In this document: positions 1-9,761 of the stretch, in pieces
Layout: the number at the start of each line of letters is the position of its first letter
Numbering within the stretch: position 1 is the first letter of the stretch
Source of the DNA: Candidatus Pacearchaeota archaeon
GTDB lineage: Archaea; Nanobdellota; Nanobdellia; Pacearchaeales; JAPDKA01
Direction: 5' to 3'
Length of the DNA: 64,000 bases
Assembly: GCA_038890875.1 (NCBI GenBank)
Contig: JAWAFA010000001.1
Location: 419,910 to 483,909, forward strand
The notes under the pieces: model-generated
The model's input: the letters and a program-made list of their open reading frames with translations, nothing else
The model's database searches: none
What the model was told of the DNA's origin: nothing
Program-made: the position numbers and the translations under genes

Positions 1-1045
1 CTTGTTTAACAACCTCTGTGATAGTATTTATTATTTCCATAAAACTGACAGGCCCACTCGCGATTCCACTAGTTGTTAAAACAACATCATTTCTTGGACG
101 CAGTAAAGAATAATTCATTCCAACTCCCCCTCCTGCTTTACCGATGAAAGCTGCCTCGCTAGCAGATTTCATTATACTAACCAAACTATCTTCAATTGGT
201 AGAACAAAACAAGCACTTAGCTGTCCTAACTTATTTCCAGCATTCATAAGTGTAGGGCTATTTGGCATGAAGTCCTTACTAACCATCAAATCATAGTATT
301 CCTTAATATTTTTTTCATACTCTTTAAATTCCTCTCCCTCTAACTTTTCAATTAGCTTTCTTACATTAATTTTAATTTTTCCATCACGCAAAAGTCTTGA
401 ATAGCCAAGAAGCAAAGCCTCAACATGCCATTTGTTTAAACTATAATTACCAACATTAATCTTAATCCCTTCTCTCTCATTTCTAGCTTTTAACTCTTCA
501 ACTTCTTTTAACTCTTCTTCTATCTCTCTATCTTTTAAACAACCTATTCCATCCTTATTAAAAACACGTTGATCATGCAAAATATCAGCAAGTCCAATAG
601 AAATAGCAACTCTTTCAAAAAGTTGCTTCGGGCTTTCAATTATCTTGCCTTCTTCATCTTTATTTAAATACCTACTTGCTAGAACACGTAGAGCATTTAG
701 ATCAAAATTTTTATCAACTTCATCTATTCCATCTTTACAGAGTATTTTTTTCTTTTCCTCTCTTATAAAACGTCTTTCTTGTCTATAAAGTATATACGCC
801 TTAGCAGTCTTTGCATGACCCTCCTCAATCAAAACTTTTTCAACAACATCCTGAACATCTTCAACACTAGGAATTTTTTCAGTGAATACTCTTTCTAACT
901 CTTCTACAACTTTATCAGCGAGTTTATAAGCTAATTGTTTATCTCTTCCACCAACAGCTTTCACAGCTTTCCATATTGCTTCAGCAATTTTTGTTTTATC
1001 AAACTCGACGATTCTACCGTCTCTTTTGATAATCTGTTTTATCAT
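1..1045 (-). CDS. nrdJ: Ribonucleotide reductase, probably class II (AdoCbl-dependent), with N-terminal ATP cone; 3' part runs off the window
   Basis: Translated by hand from ATG at 1045: MIKQIIKRDGRIVEFDKTKI (ATP cone) ... FMPNSPTLMNAG..GQLSACFVLPIEDS ... KAGGGVG ... ASGPVSFM. Absent from the ORF track because it is truncated. Class II vs class I alpha is inferred. Confidence 0.88.
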   Translation of the reverse strand, partial: MIKQIIKRDGRIVEFDKTKIAEAIWKAVKAVGGRDKQLAYKLADKVVEELERVFTEKIPSVEDVQDVVEKVLIEEGHAKTAKAYILYRQERRFIREEKKKILCKDGIDEVDKNFDLNALRVLASRYLNKDEEGKIIESPKQLFERVAISIGLADILHDQRVFNKDGIGCLKDREIEEELKEVEELKARNEREGIKINVGNYSLNKWHVEALLLGYSRLLRDGKIKINVRKLIEKLEGEEFKEYEKNIKEYYDLMVSKDFMPNSPTLMNAGNKLGQLSACFVLPIEDSLVSIMKSASEAAFIGKAGGGVGMNYSLLRPRNDVVLTTSGIASGPVSFMEIINTITEVVKQ

Positions 1046-1205
1046 CCTCTTTTTTGTTTTTTATTTAATTTTAAAAAAAATTATTTTAAAAATATTTTAA
1101 TCGTTAAAAATATATATTAAATGTTAAAAAGAAACAAAGGTTATAATTGATTTTCATGTGGAATTTTTATCAAAATTTTTAAAAATATAAAATATAACCA
1201 GTTAT

Positions 1206-2345
1206 ATGGTCAACAAATTTTTAACCACATTAATAAAAATTATTCTAATAATCTTTGCAATAATCGGGGTTATTTTCGTCGGAATAACTATATATAAAAT
1301 CGCTTCGGATAAATATCCTGAGTTTGATTTTACTTTTTATATCGAAGAAACAGGTGAGCCACTTGACGGCAATGTTTATTTAGATGAAATATTCTTAGGA
1401 ACAACAAATAATGGAGTATTACATCTTGATAATATAAGTATCTTGCATTCAGGAGAATTAAAATTCAATGGGACATATAAAGGCATTCCTTTTGAATTTT
1501 ATTATGAGTTTTATAAAGATTTTATAGAGTATGGAACATATGGTTTTGTGGTAAGTTTAAACGAGTTAAAAGAACTTTCATTTGATGCATCAAAACTTGA
1601 TTTAAGAAAAATTGAAAGAGAAATATTTAATTTAGTTAATCTAGAGAGAAAAAAATATCCTGCTGCAGGAATGAGAGAATTAAGATGGAACGATAAAATA
1701 GCAGAAATCTCAAGACGCCATAGTCAAGATATGTTAAAGAAAGAATATTTTGCTCATAAAACATTAGAAAATGTAGAAACTTTAGAAACTACAGATTTTA
1801 AAGAAAGATTAAAAAAAGAAAAAATTTTTTATCTAGTCTCTGGCGAGAATCTTGCCTTAATTTCTGTCAACTCTTCAACAAATATAGCTAAAGAGGCTAT
1901 CGAAGGCTGGTTAAAAAGCCCTAGTCATAGGTCTACATTACTAGATTTAGATAATCTTTATAGCGATGCTGGTGTTGGTATTGCTTGTAGTAAGAATATT
2001 TGTTATATAACACTAGATCTTATATCTCTAATGATAGTTATTAATGAAGAAATGAAAAGAGGATATTGTTGGTTTGTCCCTTTATATGAACAATCTTTAC
2101 CCTTCGACTTTGATGTAAAAGCTAAAATCAAATTAAACTCCACTGAAAAAATTGACTTTTATATAGTAAAAAACGATTCTGCAGTAAGAGATTGCATCTA
2201 TCGACGCAAAATAAACGCTATTAAGGAATACAAAGATGTAAATAAATTAGAAGATGAAATAACACTATCAAAAGAAAATGGGGTCTTAATAAGTACTCCT
2301 TATTCAAACACAAATTTAACTATTTTTGTAGATTACATTAATTAA
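1206..2345 (+). CDS. Membrane-anchored CAP/SCP-domain protein
   Basis: N-terminal TM helix; CAP motifs IFNLVNLER, HSQDM..YFAH, GENLA, WLKSPSHR. Confidence 0.85.
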   Translation: MVNKFLTTLIKIILIIFAIIGVIFVGITIYKIASDKYPEFDFTFYIEETGEPLDGNVYLDEIFLGTTNNGVLHLDNISILHSGELKFNGTYKGIPFEFYYEFYKDFIEYGTYGFVVSLNELKELSFDASKLDLRKIEREIFNLVNLERKKYPAAGMRELRWNDKIAEISRRHSQDMLKKEYFAHKTLENVETLETTDFKERLKKEKIFYLVSGENLALISVNSSTNIAKEAIEGWLKSPSHRSTLLDLDNLYSDAGVGIACSKNICYITLDLISLMIVINEEMKRGYCWFVPLYEQSLPFDFDVKAKIKLNSTEKIDFYIVKNDSAVRDCIYRRKINAIKEYKDVNKLEDEITLSKENGVLISTPYSNTNLTIFVDYIN

Positions 2346-2429
2346 AATAATCTTGAATTTTCTCCAAAGAAAAAGAGAATTAAAATGTAAAAAAACAAAA
2401 ATTTAAATTTAACAAAGATTAAATTAAAA

Positions 2430-4172
2430 ATGCAAATCCGCCAACCAATCGTCACTGTAGCAGGTCATGTTGACCATGGCAAGACGTCGCTGCTAGATAC
2501 AATTAGGCAAACAAAAGTTGCCGAAAAGGAGGCTGGAGCAATAACACAGAAAATCTCTTTTAGCACTGTTACGAAGGAGTTTATTGAGACAAAATATAGT
2601 GAACTACTAAAGATGTTGAAAATTAAAATACAAGTTCCAGGCTTCCTTTTTATCGATACTCCAGGGCATGCCGCCTTTACTAATTTAAGACAAAGAGGTG
2701 GTAGCATTGCTGATCTAGCAATCTTGGTTATCGATATCAATGAAGGTATCATGGAACAAACTCGCGAAACGATAGAAATTTTAAAAGCAAATAGGACGCC
2801 TTTTTTAATTGTATTAAATAAAATTGATAAACTTCCTGGATGGAAGCCAAGTGAAAAGCCTATTTTCGAAACCTTGCAAATGCAGCAAAGTTTTACCTTA
2901 CAAGAATTTAATAGTAAGGTGGTTAATATTATAACAGCACTATCGATAATTGGTTTTGATGCTGAACTTTATTGGCAGATAAGTGATTTTACTAAAAAAG
3001 TAGCTTTAGTGCCTTGTTCGGCCAAAACTAAAGATGGAGTCGGCGATGTTCTTGTTGTGCTTGCAGGTCTTGCACAGAAATATCTTGTTAAAAAATTGCA
3101 TCTTGGTAAAGAAGCAAGAGGAAATATAATCGAAGTTATTAAAGAAAAAGGAATTATTCAATATGATTGTATCCTTTGTGATGGAACACTTAGTAAGGAT
3201 GACTATTTAATAATCGCTAGCTTTGAGGAGCCAATAGTAGCGAGAATAAAAGCGCTTTTTGAAGTTCTGCCTCTTGGTAAAGGCTTTAAACCAATTGAGA
3301 GCATAACTGCAGCAACAGGTTTTCGTGTATTACTTGCTACAGAAAAAGAGATCTATGCTGGCATGCCTTTTATTGCTTCAAAAATAGAAAAAATAAGCGA
3401 GGAGAAGAAAAATGAATTAGTAACCATAGTAAAAAATATATTAAAAGCTGATAAAAAAGGGATTATTGTTAAAGCTGAATCTCTTGGCTCACTCGAAGCA
3501 TTAATTGGCTTGTTAAAAAAGAATGGAATTTTGATTAAGAAAGCAATTATTGGAGATATAACCAAAAACGATGTTGTCCTTGCTTTGAGCAATCTTACCG
3601 AAGATCCACTAAATGCAGTGATTCTTGGTTTTAATGTCACTGTTACCCCAGAAGCGATCGCTGAAGCTGAAGGAAAAGTTGCTATTTTTACCAATAACAT
3701 TATCTATCGACTTATTGAAAATTTTTTTGCTTGGCGTGAAACTAAAGAACATGAACTTGAAAGGCAAAAGTTAGCGCAGCTAACATTCCCAGCAAAAATT
3801 CAATTGTTAAAAGGTATGGTTTTTAGAAGAAGTAAACCAGCAATTTGTGGAATAAAAGTGTTAGCCGGGCTGCTTAAAAAGGATACTCCCTTGATGAATG
3901 TTGAAGGTAAACACATTACTAAAGTTAAAAGTATGCAATCGGAAAATAAGCCAATCGAAGAAGCGAGAAAAAATGAGGAAGTAGCAATTTCTTTACCAGA
4001 TGTCACAATCGATAGACAGGTAAAAGAAGAAGAAATCTTATATAGTGATTTAAGTGAGGATGAGTTTAAAAAGTTAAAAGCCAATAAATCATTGCTCACA
4101 TCTGATGAGCTTCAATTGCTTGATGAAATTGCTGAAATAAAGCGAAGGCAGAAAGCAACCTGGGGTGTTTAA
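2430..4172 (+). CDS. infB: Translation initiation factor aIF5B (IF-2)
   Basis: IRQPIVTVAGHVDHGKTSLLD, FIDTPGHAAF, NKID; 580 aa, typical archaeal length. Confidence 0.97.
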   Translation: MQIRQPIVTVAGHVDHGKTSLLDTIRQTKVAEKEAGAITQKISFSTVTKEFIETKYSELLKMLKIKIQVPGFLFIDTPGHAAFTNLRQRGGSIADLAILVIDINEGIMEQTRETIEILKANRTPFLIVLNKIDKLPGWKPSEKPIFETLQMQQSFTLQEFNSKVVNIITALSIIGFDAELYWQISDFTKKVALVPCSAKTKDGVGDVLVVLAGLAQKYLVKKLHLGKEARGNIIEVIKEKGIIQYDCILCDGTLSKDDYLIIASFEEPIVARIKALFEVLPLGKGFKPIESITAATGFRVLLATEKEIYAGMPFIASKIEKISEEKKNELVTIVKNILKADKKGIIVKAESLGSLEALIGLLKKNGILIKKAIIGDITKNDVVLALSNLTEDPLNAVILGFNVTVTPEAIAEAEGKVAIFTNNIIYRLIENFFAWRETKEHELERQKLAQLTFPAKIQLLKGMVFRRSKPAICGIKVLAGLLKKDTPLMNVEGKHITKVKSMQSENKPIEEARKNEEVAISLPDVTIDRQVKEEEILYSDLSEDEFKKLKANKSLLTSDELQLLDEIAEIKRRQKATWGV

Positions 4173-4175
4173 TAA

Positions 4176-4646
4176 CTAACCAAAGAGCTTGCCGATTACA
4201 AATGTAACTAAAATCACGACTGCAGCTATCGTCAAATGTTCTAAAATAACTTTATAAGATTTTATTTTTTCTTTTTTTGAAATATAGTAACTGAGCATAC
4301 TAAGAAGAAAGATTCCGTAGGTGATACTTAGTATTACTGCAATTGTTTTTGAAAAAAGAATGATAAAAATAAGAAAACTTAAGGCAATAAAAAATTTTGC
4401 TAGAAAAGTTGTAAATGTTGCTTCCCATATATATTTTGTTTTGTATTTTGCCTCAGCTTCAGTTCCAATATGCATGCCTAAAGCATCACTCAATGCATCA
4501 GCGATAGCAATAGTGATAACTCCTGCAACAACAATTGTTTTTGAATTGGCTGAAAAATATAACCCGATTATTAAACCAAGAGTAGTAATCACGGCTGATG
4601 CTAAGCCAAAACCAAATCCTCTCTGCAAAAAACTATCAAAAGCCAT
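4176..4646 (-). CDS. VIT1/CCC1-family membrane protein (putative Fe/Mn transporter)
   Basis: About 5 TM helices; FG..SAVITTLGLIIG and IAIADALSDALGMH motifs. Confidence 0.7.
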   Translation of the reverse strand: MAFDSFLQRGFGFGLASAVITTLGLIIGLYFSANSKTIVVAGVITIAIADALSDALGMHIGTEAEAKYKTKYIWEATFTTFLAKFFIALSFLIFIILFSKTIAVILSITYGIFLLSMLSYYISKKEKIKSYKVILEHLTIAAVVILVTFVIGKLFG

Positions 4647-4704
4647 TTAAAATTAAGACGTCAGAGTTAAAAAAGCTTTTTAAATAACAAAAATAAAAAA
4701 AATT

Positions 4705-5097
4705 ATGAAACTTGATATTGCTGCAAAAAATGGAAAAACTTATCATTATGAACTTGCTAAAGAGAAAGAGGTATTATTTATTGGTAAAAAGATAGGTGAA
4801 AAGATAGCCGGGGATGAATTAGGCAATGATTTTAAGGGCTATGAGTTTGAAATAACCGGTTTTTCAGATATTCGTGGATTTCCTGGAGTTAAGGGAATTC
4901 CTGGAAGTAATGTAAGAAAAGTTTTACTTGGTTATGGAGTAGGAATGCAGAAAAGAAGACCGAAAGGTATGAGAAAGAAAAAAAGTATTCATGGCGAAGA
5001 AATTGCTAATGATGTAGCCCAAGTGAATTTAAAGATAGTGAAAGAAGGTGAGAAAAAAATAGATGAAATTATCCCGCCAAAAGAAAAAAAAGAGTAA
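4705..5097 (+). CDS. rps6e: 30S ribosomal protein S6e
   Basis: IGKKIGE, YEFEITGFSDIRGFP, G.RKKKSIHG..I...VAQVNLKI. Confidence 0.93.
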   Translation: MKLDIAAKNGKTYHYELAKEKEVLFIGKKIGEKIAGDELGNDFKGYEFEITGFSDIRGFPGVKGIPGSNVRKVLLGYGVGMQKRRPKGMRKKKSIHGEEIANDVAQVNLKIVKEGEKKIDEIIPPKEKKE

Positions 5098-5152
5098 GCT
5101 TATTTCTAAAGCTTTTGCAAAACCTTTTTAAAAAACACAAATTAAGTTATTG

Positions 5153-6430
5153 ATGGAAAAACTAAAACAGGAAAAAATAGAAAAAGATAAAGTAAAATTT
5201 TTACAGCCCGATATAAATATTGGGTTAATTGGGCATATTGATCATGGCAAGACAACATTGCTTTACAAACTTTCTGGAAAATGGGCAGATGTGCATAGTG
5301 AAGAGTTAAAACGAGGGATTACAATAAAGCTTGGATATGCTAACATAATCATTAGAAAATGTGAGAAATGTGGTTATTTAACTTACAAAGAAAATTGCCC
5401 GAAATGTAAGGCTCAAACTTTACCTTTAAGAAGTGCAAGTTTCATTGATGCCCCAGGGCATAAGATGCTTATGGCCAGCATGCTCGGAGGAGCAGCGATA
5501 ATTGATGCAGCAATTCTTGTTATTGCCGCAAATGAGCCTTTTCCTCAACCACAAACAAAAGAACACTTTCTTGCTTTTAAAGCAAAAGGCATTAAAGATT
5601 TGATTATTGTCCAAAATAAAATCGATCTTGTAAGTAAGGAACAAGCACTTAAACAATATTATGAAATAAAAGAATTTATCAAAAAGAATTTTGACAAAGA
5701 AGTTTCTATCATTCCTTGCTCAGCTCAGCAAGAAGTTAACATCGACCTTGTTCTTAATGAAATCCTAAAATTGCCGAAACCTGAGCGCGATATTAATGCT
5801 ATTCCTTTATTCCTTGTTGTAAGAAGCTTTGATGTTAATCTTCCTGGCTCTAGCATTGATGATTTAAAAGGTGCCATTCTCGGGGGTACATTAAAGCAAG
5901 GCAGATTGAAAGTCGGGGATATAATTGAGATAAAGCCAGGCTTAGCTGTAACAAAAGAAGTAAAACATGAAAAAGTTATAGAATATAAAACTTTAAAAGC
6001 AAAAATAATAAGTTTAAGAAGTAATGGTGAATTGCAAGAAGCATTACCTTATGGCAATCTTGCAATTCAAACATCTCTCGATCCAGGATTAGGAAAAGCT
6101 GATAGACTTGCTGGTTCAATTGCTGGTCTCGAAGGAAGTTTGCCAGCGATAACAAAAGAAATTCAATTTAAAGCTCAACTTTTTGAAAAACTAGTTGGTA
6201 TAGAAAAGGAAGAGAGTATCAGCGATATTAAACCCAACGAGATTCTTCTTTTAAGCATAAATACTGCAGTGACTGTTGCTAAAGTTGTCAAAGTTGAAAA
6301 AAAAGGGAGAGAATTTTTCGTAAAAGCGAATCTTACAATACCAATTGTTCCCTTTGCAGGCTCTAATATAAGTATTGCAAGAAATTATCAAAACCAATGG
6401 CGTCTAATTGGTTGGGGAAGCCTGCTTTAA
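5153..6430 (+). CDS. eif2g: Translation initiation factor aIF2 gamma subunit
   Basis: QPDINIGLIGHIDHGKTTL, HSEELKRGITIKLGYA, zinc knuckle, DAPGH, C-terminal WRLIGWG. Confidence 0.97.
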   Translation: MEKLKQEKIEKDKVKFLQPDINIGLIGHIDHGKTTLLYKLSGKWADVHSEELKRGITIKLGYANIIIRKCEKCGYLTYKENCPKCKAQTLPLRSASFIDAPGHKMLMASMLGGAAIIDAAILVIAANEPFPQPQTKEHFLAFKAKGIKDLIIVQNKIDLVSKEQALKQYYEIKEFIKKNFDKEVSIIPCSAQQEVNIDLVLNEILKLPKPERDINAIPLFLVVRSFDVNLPGSSIDDLKGAILGGTLKQGRLKVGDIIEIKPGLAVTKEVKHEKVIEYKTLKAKIISLRSNGELQEALPYGNLAIQTSLDPGLGKADRLAGSIAGLEGSLPAITKEIQFKAQLFEKLVGIEKEESISDIKPNEILLLSINTAVTVAKVVKVEKKGREFFVKANLTIPIVPFAGSNISIARNYQNQWRLIGWGSLL

Positions 6431-6443
6431 ACAAAAATTTAAA

Positions 6444-6851
6444 ATGAAAATTTTTCAACAAGAATTAAAATTGAAAACAAAGCAGAGAGTTGAAATTATT
6501 GATATAACTGAAAGTATTGATAAGGTAGTTAAACAATCAGGAATTAAAAATGGATTATGTTTTGTTAATGTTCTTCACGCTACGTCATGTGTAATTATTA
6601 ATGAGAATGAGCAAGGTTTATTAAAAGATATCAAAGCAAAAATTGAAGAACTTTTCCAAGGCAATTATAAACATGATCAAATTGATGATAATACAAAGGC
6701 GCATCTTGTCAGTGCTTTTATCGGCCAATCATGCAATTACCCTATCAAAGATAGCCATCTCGTTAGAGGAACATGGCAAAATTGTCTCTTTCTTGAGCTT
6801 GATGGCCCTCGTGAACGAAGAATATTTTTAACAATCTTTGGAGAAATATAG
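6444..6851 (+). CDS. yjbQ: YjbQ/UPF0047 family protein
   Basis: HATSCVIINENE, YKHD..DDN..AH, GTWQ..LFLELDGPRER; start moved to ATG at 6444. Confidence 0.9.
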   Translation: MKIFQQELKLKTKQRVEIIDITESIDKVVKQSGIKNGLCFVNVLHATSCVIINENEQGLLKDIKAKIEELFQGNYKHDQIDDNTKAHLVSAFIGQSCNYPIKDSHLVRGTWQNCLFLELDGPRERRIFLTIFGEI

Positions 6852-6859
6852 CTCTTAGG

Positions 6860-9367
6860 CTAGGAGCTATTGGAGTTATTGAGGGTTGTTGGCTCTGTTT
6901 TTATAACATCGACATCTATAACTTCGTCATCCGATTTTAACTTAATAATTCTCACTCCTTGAGCAATCCGTGACATGCTCCTTATATCTTTAGCATTGAA
7001 TCTAATTATAATCCCCTGTTTTGTTATTAAAATTATACTCTCATTTCCTAGAATTGTTTTAATACAAACAACTTTTCCTGTTTTTTCACTTAATGAAATA
7101 TTCTTCACTCCTATTGCAGCCCTCTTTGTTAATCTATATTCTTCAATAGGTGTTTTTTTGCCATAACCTTTACTCGTAACTGTTAAAAGCTGTGAACCAG
7201 GTTCAACAATTGTCATGTCTGCAACTTGATCATTCTTTAGCTTAACAGCTGTCACTCCATAAGCAGCTCTTCCCATCTCTCTAACTTCACTACTATTAAA
7301 TCTTACAGCCATCCCTTGTGCGGTAGCAATTATAATTTCACTATCTTTTTCTAAAACAAATGCTTCAACAATTTCATCATCGAAAGGGAGTTTTATTGCG
7401 CGAATGCCACTCTTTTTTATATTTCTGAACTCTTCTAAACTTGTTTTCTTTATTATCCCTTTTCTTGTGACAATTAATAAAAATTGTCTTCCCCCTTTTG
7501 CTTCACCCTTTTCAGCCTTAGCCTTCATTACAATCACTGCTTTTAACCTTTCTTCAGGCTTTATTGCTAACAAATTACTTATATGCTTTCCTTTGCCATA
7601 TCTTGAAGATTTTTGAATTTCATAAGCACGAAGCAAAAATGCATTGCCTCGATTTGTTATAAAGAGAATGTTATCATGTGTTGAACATGCAATAATCTTA
7701 TTAATATAATCATTTTCAGTAAGCATAGTCCCAATTATTCCTTTACCACCTCTCTTTTGCTCGCGAAACTCTTCAATGCTGATAGCATTTATATACCCTC
7801 TATAACTCAATGTTAAAACTATATCCTCTTTTTTTATCAATTCAATCTCACGAATTTCTTTTTTTTCAGCCATGATCTTTGTTTTTCTTTCATCTCCATA
7901 CTTATTTTTTATTTCACGAAGTTCTTCTTCAATTACTTTCAAAATATTTTGTTCAGATTTCAAAATCTCACTAAGTTCAGAAATCTTTCTCTCAAGTTGT
8001 TGTTTTTCTTCCTGTATTCTTTCTTGTTCAAGTTTTGTTAAACGTGAAAGTTTTAAATCAAGAATTGCTTGCGCTTGTTTTTTAGTTAAACCAAAATTGC
8101 TGATTAGCAACTTTTCTGCAACTGTAACTGAATCAGCCTTTTTAATTGTTTCAATAACCTTATCTATCACGCCCAAAGCAATAATAAATCCATCAAGAAT
8201 ATGCTTCCTTTCAGTTGCAACCTCTAGCTCATATCTTGTTCTTCTTTTTACAACCTCTTTTCTATGCTTAACATAATACTCTATAGCATCTTTCAAATTT
8301 AGTAATTTTGGTATTCCAGAAACGAGAGCAACGAAAATTGCATTAAAACTAGTTTCAAGCGAAGTATAGTTATAAAGTCGATTTATTATCAATTTTTCAT
8401 TGGCCTCTTTTTTTAGTTGTAACACTATCCTAATCCCTGCCTTTGTCGATTCATCACGCAAATCGCTCACATCAGGAAGTTTTTTTGTTTCGATAAGCTT
8501 AGCTATCTCTTGAATTAAAATTGATTTATTAACTTGATATGGTAGTTCCTTAATTATAACATACTTTTTACCAGCTTTTTCTTCACTGCTTACCACACCA
8601 CGCATAATTATCTTACCAACTCCTTTTTCATACATTTCTTTCATTCCTTGAGTAAAAATAATGCCTCCCGTCGGAAAATCAGGACCTTTAATGTAATCTA
8701 AAAGTTCATTAATACTAATTTGTGAATTTTTTATGTAAGCAATAATAGCATCAACAACTTCAGTTAAATTGTGTGGTGGTATTGATGTAGCCATACCTAC
8801 AGCGATTCCTTGTGAACCATTTATCAATAAATTTGGCAATTTTGCTGGTAGCACAACTGGTTCTTTCATGCTGTTATCAAAATTGGGCATGAATGGAACA
8901 GTTTCTTTATCCAAATCTTTCAAGAGCTCAACAGCAATTTTACTCAGCTTTGCTTCAGTATAACGCATTGCTGCAGGCGCATCTCCATCAATGCTCCCAA
9001 AATTTCCTTGACCAATAATCAAAGGATAACGTAGAGAAAAATCTTGAGCCATCCTTACTAAAGCATCATAAACAGCAATATCTCCGTGTGGATGTAATTT
9101 TCCGAGACATTCACCAACAATCCTTGCTGTTTTCTTTGTTGGTTTTTCTGGTAAAAGTCCCATTTCATACATTGAATATAATATCCTTCGCTGAACAGGT
9201 TTCAAGCCATCTTCAACACTTGGTAAAGCTCGCGCAACAATTACTGACATTGCATAATCAATATAGGCTTTGCTAACCTCTTCACTTATTTCAGCTACAT
9301 GACCATTTTTATTATTATCACTATTCATATTGTTTTCATTTTTTTCGTCTTTCTTATCTTTCTCCAT
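6860..9367 (-). CDS. gyrA: DNA gyrase subunit A
   Basis: [34 protein letters not shown] catalytic Tyr, GyrA-box QKRGGKG, C-terminal beta-pinwheel repeats. Confidence 0.97.
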   Translation of the reverse strand: MEKDKKDEKNENNMNSDNNKNGHVAEISEEVSKAYIDYAMSVIVARALPSVEDGLKPVQRRILYSMYEMGLLPEKPTKKTARIVGECLGKLHPHGDIAVYDALVRMAQDFSLRYPLIIGQGNFGSIDGDAPAAMRYTEAKLSKIAVELLKDLDKETVPFMPNFDNSMKEPVVLPAKLPNLLINGSQGIAVGMATSIPPHNLTEVVDAIIAYIKNSQISINELLDYIKGPDFPTGGIIFTQGMKEMYEKGVGKIIMRGVVSSEEKAGKKYVIIKELPYQVNKSILIQEIAKLIETKKLPDVSDLRDESTKAGIRIVLQLKKEANEKLIINRLYNYTSLETSFNAIFVALVSGIPKLLNLKDAIEYYVKHRKEVVKRRTRYELEVATERKHILDGFIIALGVIDKVIETIKKADSVTVAEKLLISNFGLTKKQAQAILDLKLSRLTKLEQERIQEEKQQLERKISELSEILKSEQNILKVIEEELREIKNKYGDERKTKIMAEKKEIREIELIKKEDIVLTLSYRGYINAISIEEFREQKRGGKGIIGTMLTENDYINKIIACSTHDNILFITNRGNAFLLRAYEIQKSSRYGKGKHISNLLAIKPEERLKAVIVMKAKAEKGEAKGGRQFLLIVTRKGIIKKTSLEEFRNIKKSGIRAIKLPFDDEIVEAFVLEKDSEIIIATAQGMAVRFNSSEVREMGRAAYGVTAVKLKNDQVADMTIVEPGSQLLTVTSKGYGKKTPIEEYRLTKRAAIGVKNISLSEKTGKVVCIKTILGNESIILITKQGIIIRFNAKDIRSMSRIAQGVRIIKLKSDDEVIDVDVIKTEPTTLNNSNSS

Positions 9368-9389
9368 TTTCTCAATCTATTTTATTTAA

Positions 9390-9755
9390 TCAACAAGTAA
9401 CATGAAACAAGCCAGCCTTTTTTTCTTTGATTTGATTAAATATTCTAATTGCTTCAGGTGTTTTAGCTATTTTATACTTTATTTTTAATCTCTTTAATAG
9501 TTCAATCGCTCCTTCTTCGAGTTGAGCACATCCCTCTTGCCCTATCCCAAAAACTATTATTTCTGGCCTACCTTTACTTAATAAATTTTCAATTTCTTCT
9601 TTACAAAAATAATGGCCAGTTCCATATTTAATTTTACTTAATTCTCTACTTCTCTCACTAATCTCGCCATTAGCAAAAATAAAGATATCATGTTCATAAG
9701 TTTTCTTATTAACAGTTATGCTTCCAAACTCGGTTTTATTAATATAAGCCTCCAT
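9390..9755 (-). CDS. Mth938-like domain protein
   Basis: FGSITV..K.YEHDI, PEIIVFGIG, TPEAIRIFN, C-terminal HVTC. Confidence 0.85.
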   Translation of the reverse strand: MEAYINKTEFGSITVNKKTYEHDIFIFANGEISERSRELSKIKYGTGHYFCKEEIENLLSKGRPEIIVFGIGQEGCAQLEEGAIELLKRLKIKYKIAKTPEAIRIFNQIKEKKAGLFHVTC

Positions 9756-9761
9756 TTTTAT